Source of the DNA: Collinsella sp.
GTDB lineage: Bacteria > Actinomycetota > Coriobacteriia > Coriobacteriales > Coriobacteriaceae
Direction: 5' to 3'
Length of the DNA stretch: 64,000 nt
Assembly (NCBI GenBank): GCA_019414245.1
Contig: DXMK01000005.1
Coordinates: 14,463-78,462, forward strand
Notes under the pieces: generated by a model
What the model saw: only the letters and a program-made list of their open reading frames with translations
Told to the model about the DNA's origin: nothing
The model's database searches: none
Part shown: positions 57,487 through 64,000 of the stretch, piece after piece
Layout: every line of letters begins with the position of its first letter
Position numbering within the stretch: position 1 is the stretch's first letter
Translations under genes and position numbers: made by a program

Positions 57487-58191
57487 ATGGCAATCAAGGT
57501 GTTCGCTGACGGTGCAAACCTCGAGGGCATGCTCGACATGTACGAGAACGGCAACGTTCAGGGTTTCACGACCAACCCGTCCCTTATGAAGAAGGGCGGC
57601 GTGACGGACTACCGCGCGTTTGCCAAGGAGGTCCTGGCCCACATCACCGATGTGTCCGTCTCGTTTGAGGTTTTTGCCGACGACGTCGAGACCATGGAGG
57701 TCGAGGCCCGCGAGATCGCTACCTGGGCCGAGAACGTCTACGTCAAGATTCCGTGCGTGACCACCAAGGGCGAGTCCACCGCCGAGCTGGTCCGCAAGCT
57801 TTCCGCCGACGGCATCAAGGTCAACGTCACCACCATCTTTACGCCTACGCAGGTCGATGAGATGGTCGAGGCCGTTGACACCGAGACGCCGTCCATCATC
57901 TCGCTCTTTGCCGGCCGCATCGCCGACACCGGCGTCGACCCCATTCCGTTTATGACGGAGTCGGTCAAGAAGGCCGCCATCAAGCCCAACTGTGAGGTCC
58001 TGTGGGCGTCCACGCGCGAGCTCATCAACATTTACCAGGCAGAAGCCTGCGGTTGCCAGATCATTACGGTGCCCAACAGCATCCTGGCCAAGCGCAAGAA
58101 CATCGGTCGCGACCCGTACGAGGTCTCGCTCGACACCGTCCGCGGCTTTGCCAAGGATATCGCCGCTTTGGGTTTCCATATCCTGCCGTAG
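57487..58191 (+). CDS. tal: Transaldolase family protein (second copy)
   Basis: GFTTNPSLM, VSFEV, VYVKIP, NVT, SLFAGRIAD, LWASTRE. Confidence 0.9.
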   Translation: MAIKVFADGANLEGMLDMYENGNVQGFTTNPSLMKKGGVTDYRAFAKEVLAHITDVSVSFEVFADDVETMEVEAREIATWAENVYVKIPCVTTKGESTAELVRKLSADGIKVNVTTIFTPTQVDEMVEAVDTETPSIISLFAGRIADTGVDPIPFMTESVKKAAIKPNCEVLWASTRELINIYQAEACGCQIITVPNSILAKRKNIGRDPYEVSLDTVRGFAKDIAALGFHILP

Positions 58192-58221
58192 CGCGAACGC
58201 CGACCGTACCGTGGGCTGTTC

Positions 58222-58293
58222 GCCCCGGCCTTTCCTTTCCCTATCGCTCACGCGCTTCGCGAGGATCGCGCTAGGCAAAGGAAAGGCCGGGGC
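58222..58293. repeat. Long hairpin after tal, inside a 16-bp direct repeat
   Basis: GCCCCGGCCTTTCCTTT..AAAGGAAAGGCCGGGGC; flanked by TTCCATATCCTGCCGT at 58174 and 58330. Confidence 0.7.
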
Positions 58294-58347
58294 TGCCGAC
58301 ACGAGCTTGCCAGCAAGTTGGCGCTTGGCTTCCATATCCTGCCGTGG

Positions 58348-58563
58348 GCAAAGGTACCCCCGCCTGCGCCGTGCAAAATCGAGAGTATTCAGCAACGTAA
58401 AGGTCTTTATCAGTTAACCGAAGCATGGAACGGCCCCCGTTTTGGCTCTGATGACGCTAAAACGGGGGCTGTTCCATGCTTTTTCGTCTCTGAGGGGCAT
58501 CCGGAACGGTGGAATTTGCAGAATACTCGCGATTTTGCACATCGCTACAGGGGGTACCTTTGC
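58348..58563. repeat. Nested inverted-repeat (MITE-like) element
   Basis: Outer 14-bp perfect IR GCAAAGGTACCCCC; inner 25-bp IR GTGCAAAATCGAGAGTATTCAGCAA (23/25); central hairpin AAGCATGGAACGGCCCCCGTTT. Confidence 0.7.
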
Positions 58564-58572
58564 TTTGGCGGT

Positions 58573-60720
58573 TTACTTGCCCTGTACCATGGTGAGCGAG
58601 ATCTTCTTGCGGTCGCGATCGACCTTTTCGACCCACACCTTGACCGTGTCGCCGACGCGCACCACGTCGCTTGGGTGCTTGACGAAGCGGTTGGCCAGTT
58701 TGGAGATGTGCACGAGGCCGTCCTGATGCACGCCCACGTCGACGAAGGCGCCAAAGTCGACGACATTGCGCACCGTGCCCTTGAGCTCCATGCCGGGCTC
58801 CAGGTCGTCGATGGAAAGCGCCGAGCGGCTAAAGACAACCTCGGGAGCGTCGTCGCGCGGGTCGCGGCCGGGCTTCTTGAGCTCGTTGACAATGTCGATG
58901 AGCGTTAAGGTGCCGCAGTCCAGGTCGCTTGCCAGCGCCGAGATGCTGCCCAGGCGGCGCTCGATGTCGGGCACGCCGCCGCGGCTGAGCTCGCTTGCTT
59001 TAACGCCGGCGCGCTCCAGGACGGACGTAGCCACCTCGTAGCTTTCGGGGTGGACGCTTGTCGCGTCGAGCGGGTTCTTGCCGCCGCTGATGCGCAAAAA
59101 GCCCGCAGCGTTCAGATATGCCTTGGGTCCCAGCTTGGGGACCTTCTTAAGCTGGCGGCGATCGGTAAAGGCGCCGTTTTCCTCGCGGTACGCCACGATG
59201 TTCTTGGCCACGCTTGGCGTGATGCCCGATACGTATCCCAGCAGGCTCGCGCTCGCGGTGTTTACGTCGACGCCCACGCGGTTGACGACGTCCTCCACCA
59301 CGTGGCCCAGGGTACGCGAGAGCTCGGCCTGGTCAAGGTCATGCTGGTACTGGCCCACACCGATGGACTGGGGCGGAATCTTGACGAGCTCTGCCAGCGG
59401 GTCCTGCAGGCGGCGGCCCAGGCTCATGGCGCCACGCACGGTGACGTCCAGGTCGGGGTATTCCTGGCTGGCGAGCTCGGAAGCGGAGTACACCGACGCG
59501 CCGGCTTCGTTAACGATGGTGTAGCGAAGGCTGGGCGCCTGCTCGGCAATGAACTCCGAGACGACTTCCTCGGTCTCGCGGCTGGCGGTGCCGTTGCCGA
59601 TGACGATGGTGTTGACGCCGTCCTTTTTGACGAGGCGGGCGAGCTCGCGCTTGGTGCCGGCGACGTCGTGGCGCGGCTTGGTGGGGTAGACCACGCCGTG
59701 GTCGAGCAGCTTGCCGGTCTCGTCCATGACGGCGACCTTGCAGCCGGTGCGGTAGCCCGGATCGAGCGCGAGCACGCGGGCGCCGCGCACGGGGCGTGCC
59801 GAGAGCAGGCCCTCGAGATTCTTGGCAAAGACATTAATGGCCTCGGTCTGGGCGCGAACGGTGAGCTTGGCGCGGGCCTCGCGCTCCAGCGAGGGGGCCA
59901 TGAGGCGCTTGTAGCCGTCAGCGATGGCGGCGTCAAAGACGGGCGCGAAGACGCCCTGGCGTCGGGGCCAACGGCTGCCGAGGCGCGCCGTGGCGGCAGC
60001 GCCGTCGACGTTCACGCGCACGCGGAGTTTGCCCTCGCGCTCACCGCGGTCGATAGCCAGCACGCGGTGGTTGGGAATACGGCGCAGCGGCTCATCATAG
60101 CTGTAGTACGGCTCGTAGGGGGTCTTCTCGGCGGGGTCGGTGGCCTCGACGATGATGTCGGCGGTGTTTTGCGTAAAGGCGCGCAGGTCGGCGACGTTCT
60201 CGGGGTCTTCGGCCACCGTCTCGGCCACGATGTCCGCCGCGCCGGCGAGCGCCTTCTCGGGCGTGTCGAAGCCGGCTTCCTCGTTGACGTAGGCCGCGGC
60301 GGTGTCGAGCGCGCTGCCCTTGGCCGAGGCCTGCATGATGATCATGTTGGCAAGCGGCTCCAGGCCTGCCTCGCGGGCCTTCTGTGCGCGGGTCATGCGC
60401 TTTTTGCGGTAGGGCTTGTAGAGGTCCTCGACACGCTGGAGCTGCGCGGCCTCGCGAATTTGCTGTTCGAGCTCGGGCGTAAGTTTGCCCTGGGCGTCGA
60501 TGAGCAGAAGGACGTCCTCTTTGCGCTGTTCAAGATTGCGCAGGTAGGACAGGCGCTCGTCGAGTGCGCGCAGGGCGACGTCGTCCATTCCGCCTGTGGC
60601 CTCCTTGCGGTAGCGCGAGATAAAGGGGATGGTGTTGCCCTCGTCGATGAGCTTGACGGCTGCCTCGACGTTGGCGGCCTTAAGGTTGAGCTCGCGGGCG
60701 AGCTGGGCGATAAGATCCAT
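58573..60720 (-). CDS. tex: Tex family RNA-binding transcription accessory protein
   Basis: GNTIPFISRYRKEATG, DPGYRTGCK, GNGTASRE, SIGVGQYQHD, C-terminal S1 domain. Confidence 0.96.
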   Translation of the reverse strand: MDLIAQLARELNLKAANVEAAVKLIDEGNTIPFISRYRKEATGGMDDVALRALDERLSYLRNLEQRKEDVLLLIDAQGKLTPELEQQIREAAQLQRVEDLYKPYRKKRMTRAQKAREAGLEPLANMIIMQASAKGSALDTAAAYVNEEAGFDTPEKALAGAADIVAETVAEDPENVADLRAFTQNTADIIVEATDPAEKTPYEPYYSYDEPLRRIPNHRVLAIDRGEREGKLRVRVNVDGAAATARLGSRWPRRQGVFAPVFDAAIADGYKRLMAPSLEREARAKLTVRAQTEAINVFAKNLEGLLSARPVRGARVLALDPGYRTGCKVAVMDETGKLLDHGVVYPTKPRHDVAGTKRELARLVKKDGVNTIVIGNGTASRETEEVVSEFIAEQAPSLRYTIVNEAGASVYSASELASQEYPDLDVTVRGAMSLGRRLQDPLAELVKIPPQSIGVGQYQHDLDQAELSRTLGHVVEDVVNRVGVDVNTASASLLGYVSGITPSVAKNIVAYREENGAFTDRRQLKKVPKLGPKAYLNAAGFLRISGGKNPLDATSVHPESYEVATSVLERAGVKASELSRGGVPDIERRLGSISALASDLDCGTLTLIDIVNELKKPGRDPRDDAPEVVFSRSALSIDDLEPGMELKGTVRNVVDFGAFVDVGVHQDGLVHISKLANRFVKHPSDVVRVGDTVKVWVEKVDRDRKKISLTMVQGK

Positions 60721-60801
60721 GGGACTCCTTGCGTTTAAGGTGCGTTTGCAGCACAGGGCTACCAAGGATACCACCCGTCCCAAAAGACTGTTTTGGGGCC
60801 G

Positions 60802-60963
60802 CGCCACGAAAACGACCTATCTACTACGTTTGAACCATATGGGTCGACCATCCCTCGGTTTTCCGAAAATACGCAACCCGCCTACCTGCGGTTTTTATTT
60901 CTCGAAATTCGGCATGCTTGAGGGTGATCGGTTAAACGTAGTAGATAGGCCCATTTCGTGGCG
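60802..60963. repeat. 162-bp element with 30-bp terminal inverted repeats
   Basis: CGCCACGAAAACGACCTATCTACTACGTTT / AAACGTAGTAGATAGGCCCATTTCGTGGCG (27/30). Confidence 0.7.
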
Positions 60964-61130
60964 AACGAATCAGACTGAGGTGCAAAATAGCCCCCGCTCC
61001 AGAAAAATCGTCGGCAAGGTAGCAAAAGGCCCCGCGGGCAGGAGGCTGCTCGCGGGGCAAAGAAGAGGGGCTTGTTGGCGGCGGGCCAAGGCGCTCGGCG
61101 GGGAGTTTGCCGCGACCCGCTCTTAAGGCA

Positions 61131-62171
61131 TTACAGCTCGACGAGCTGGCCGGTCTCGGCGGCCTCCTTGATGGCGTTAAGCAGCGTGAGCGTCTTAACG
61201 TTGTCGGCGGGGGTCACGACGGGCTCGACCTCGCGGCGAACGACCTTCACAAAGTGCTTGAGCTGCATCTTGTGCGGCAGCGCCGGGTCGACGGCCGGAA
61301 TCTCCATCTGCAGCGGCTTGTGCCAGTTGGAGGCTCCGTCGTAGGAGAACTGGTGCAGGCGGGGCAGCGAAAGGGCACCCAAGGTTCCGCCAATAAAGTA
61401 GGCGTCGGCGTCGAAGGGGCGGTACTGCGGATCCTCGCGAGCGGTGGCCTCCCAGTTCCAGGGGCTGGCGGTGGCGTCGGAGATGGTCATGCTCGCAAGC
61501 GCGCCATCGGCAAAACGGACGTTGACCACGGCGGAGTCCTCGGTCTCAAAACCGCGGGCGGCGCTGGACTGCATGCCCTGGACGGCAACGGGCTCGCCCA
61601 GCAGGTAGCGGAGCAGGTCGACGTCGTGCACCAGGTTGACCAGGATCGGGCCGGCACCCTTCTTGCGGCGCCACTCGACATCGAAGTACTCGTCATTCTT
61701 ATAGATCATGTAGTGGAAGCTCGACACGGTGAGCTTGCCCAGCTCGCCGGCCTCGATGATCTCCTTGGCCTTGTTGACGAAGGGATTGTGGCGACGGTGC
61801 TGACCCACGAGCACGGGCACGCCAGCGGTCTCGGCCTCGGCGGCGAAGGCCTGGGCATCCTCCAGGTCGTTGGAGATCGGCTTTTCGACCAACGGCACGA
61901 TGTTGCGTTTCACAGCCTCGCGGGCAACGCCCAGGTGTAGGTCGTTGGGCGTGGCGATGATGACGGCCTCGGGCTTGACCTCGTCCATCATCTGGGCGGG
62001 ATCGGTATAAAACGGCACGCCGGCGGCCTCGGCCGTGGCGCGGGCGCCCTCAAAGGCGTCGGCGATGGCGACGAGCTCGGCCTCGGGCTCCTCGGTGACA
62101 AAGCGGATGTGGTTGCGGCCCATGGCGCCGGCGCCGATAACGGCAATGCGGACGGGGTTGAGCTCAGACAT
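61131..62171 (-). CDS. Gfo/Idh/MocA-family oxidoreductase
   Basis: IGAGAMG, ATPNDLH, VEKP, GPILVNLVHDVD. Confidence 0.92.
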   Translation of the reverse strand: MSELNPVRIAVIGAGAMGRNHIRFVTEEPEAELVAIADAFEGARATAEAAGVPFYTDPAQMMDEVKPEAVIIATPNDLHLGVAREAVKRNIVPLVEKPISNDLEDAQAFAAEAETAGVPVLVGQHRRHNPFVNKAKEIIEAGELGKLTVSSFHYMIYKNDEYFDVEWRRKKGAGPILVNLVHDVDLLRYLLGEPVAVQGMQSSAARGFETEDSAVVNVRFADGALASMTISDATASPWNWEATAREDPQYRPFDADAYFIGGTLGALSLPRLHQFSYDGASNWHKPLQMEIPAVDPALPHKMQLKHFVKVVRREVEPVVTPADNVKTLTLLNAIKEAAETGQLVEL

Positions 62172-62238
62172 TTCGACTCCTTAATACTGGTGGCGGTGGA
62201 ATGCGGCAAGGGGGCGGTCCTTGCCGCATCAAGCAAAA

Positions 62239-63495
62239 CTAGGCGGACTTCTTCTTGCTGTCGGAGACCATCATGTAGACGGTGAGCACGACGGCGATTG
62301 CGGCGATTACGATGGCACCGTAGAAGGACTGCTGGTAGGCGGCGCTGCCGGCCTCGGCGTGATACAGCACGGCGGTGATGGGCTGGCTGATCCAGGTGGA
62401 GGCGGCGTAACCCAAAAACATGATGCCGTAGTTGACGCCGATGTTGCTGGTGCCGAAGGCGCCACCGGTGAGCGGCGGGTAGATGACGAGCAGGGCGCCA
62501 AAGCTAAAGCCGAGCAGGGCGAGCGCCACAAAGAACATGCTCTGCGTAAAGCTCATCGACATGATGACGAGCGCGACGATGGTGACGACAAGGCTGATGA
62601 GCAGCGACTTATAGGCGCCGAGCTTGTCGATGATCTGGCCAAAGGACAGACGACCGACCAGGTTGGCGCAGGTGTTGACGGAGACGACCACACCGCCGAG
62701 GGCGACGGCCGCGGCGCTCGTGGGGTCGGCGAAGAGCTGGACGGCGGCGATGGAGGCAACCTTGCCGACGAGCAGGGTGCCCGCGGTGGCGGCAAAGGCG
62801 AAGGTGACGATGAGAACCCAGAAGCGCGGGGTCTTGACCATCTCGCCCGGAGTGAGGTCACCGAAGGTGCCGGCATGCGCGCCACCCTTGGGGGCCTCGA
62901 AGCCCTCGGGCAGCCAGCCGGCCTCGGGGGCCTTCAGGAACAGGGCGGAGGCGGCGATCGTCACAAAGAAGATGACGCCGAGTGCCTTGAGGGCGCCAAA
63001 GATGCCCAGGCTCGGGATGAGCAGCGAGGCGAGTACCGGGGACAGCACGGCGGGACCGGCGGTCGAAGCGGCCAGGGTGATGCCGGAGGCGAGACCCTTC
63101 TTGTCGATGAACCACTTTTGGCCGGTGGTGAGCGCCGGGTTGTAGCCCAGGCCGTTGCCGACAGCGGCGACGAGCGAGAACCACAGGTAGAACTGCCACG
63201 GCTCGGTGACGGTGCCGGACATGAACCAGCCCAGGCCGTAGCACACGGCGGCAGCGATCACGACGTTGCGCGGGCCGATCTTATCGGAGATGCGGCCGGC
63301 GAAGATGCCCGTCACGGCCATGATGGTCTGGAAGACGGGGAAAGCCCAGGTAAGGGCGCTCGACCACTCGGGGTAGACGGCGAGCAGGTTCTTGCTCACG
63401 ACGGAATACAGCGCGATGGAGCTGATGAAGAACATGGTGACGCACGCGGCGGAAAGCACGACGGCGCGACCCTTGTTGGAGTTGGTGGAAGCCAT
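62239..63495 (-). CDS. MFS transporter, oxalate/formate antiporter (OFA)-like
   Basis: About 12 TMs; GRISDKIGPR, KWFIDKKGLASG, FGTSNIGVNYG. Confidence 0.88.
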   Translation of the reverse strand: MASTNSNKGRAVVLSAACVTMFFISSIALYSVVSKNLLAVYPEWSSALTWAFPVFQTIMAVTGIFAGRISDKIGPRNVVIAAAVCYGLGWFMSGTVTEPWQFYLWFSLVAAVGNGLGYNPALTTGQKWFIDKKGLASGITLAASTAGPAVLSPVLASLLIPSLGIFGALKALGVIFFVTIAASALFLKAPEAGWLPEGFEAPKGGAHAGTFGDLTPGEMVKTPRFWVLIVTFAFAATAGTLLVGKVASIAAVQLFADPTSAAAVALGGVVVSVNTCANLVGRLSFGQIIDKLGAYKSLLISLVVTIVALVIMSMSFTQSMFFVALALLGFSFGALLVIYPPLTGGAFGTSNIGVNYGIMFLGYAASTWISQPITAVLYHAEAGSAAYQQSFYGAIVIAAIAVVLTVYMMVSDSKKKSA

Positions 63496-63561
63496 TGGAC
63501 TCTTTCTAATCGATACGGGGGAGGAGCGGGCGTGTCCGCGGGACCTCCCTGCCAGGTTGGT

Positions 63562-64000
63562 TTACTGGTCGGTCGGCTTGGCGACACCGGACTCATCGGA
63601 CCAAAGCTCGACACCCTTGTTCTTAAGGTAGTTGTCGGCATAGGCGCGACGGCCGCCGGGCTTGGCGGTGAGGTCGCCCATCATGTTGGAGAAGCCGCCG
63701 TCGACCTTGATGGCGTCGCCGGTGGTAAAGTCCGAGCGCGTGGACGCCAGGAACATGACGGCGTTGGCGATATCGCTGACCTCGCCGATGCGGCGCGTGG
63801 CGATCAGACGGCTGCGGCTCTTTTCGACCTCGGGGTCGGCGTAGAAGTTGGCCGACATCGGGGTCTTAACGAAGCAAGGCTCGACGCAGTTGGAGCGGAC
63901 GCCGTAGGGGCCCCACTCGGCGGCGAGCATCTTGGACATCATGTTGACGCCGGCCTTGGTGGAGCTGTACACGCCCGAGAACGTCTCGGGGGAGTGGCTG
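63562..64000 (-). CDS. Short-chain dehydrogenase/reductase, C-terminal part (5' truncated by window)
   Basis: YSSTK catalytic motif, EWGPYGVRSNCVEP, TTGDAIKVDGG. Confidence 0.88.
   Translation of the reverse strand, partial: SHSPETFSGVYSSTKAGVNMMSKMLAAEWGPYGVRSNCVEPCFVKTPMSANFYADPEVEKSRSRLIATRRIGEVSDIANAVMFLASTRSDFTTGDAIKVDGGFSNMMGDLTAKPGGRRAYADNYLKNKGVELWSDESGVAKPTDQ

Overview
GC-rich bacterial chromosomal segment. Gene content and style suggest a gut Coriobacteriia member such as Collinsella (inference, not verified). About 50 CDS. Housekeeping genes include an EF-G paralogue, glmS, cysE, ilvE, rlmKL, tex and a tadA fused to glycerate kinase, plus tRNA-Ser(TGA) and the small SRP RNA. Other content: a LacI-linked fructose-family PTS operon with a GatZ/KbaZ-type epimerase, transaldolase and split transketolase; two heterodimeric ABC exporters; a kup-kdpD-kdpE potassium module; a 1362-aa sortase-anchored surface protein; and one intact IS3-family (IS150-like) element. 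The intergenic DNA is dense in palindromic repeats from at least five families. The most striking structure spans 38538-45400: a long hairpin with a conserved, covarying core plus a 61-62 bp-period palindromic array, present in mirror image on both sides of the surface-protein gene. No CRISPR-cas, prophage or rRNA was seen.
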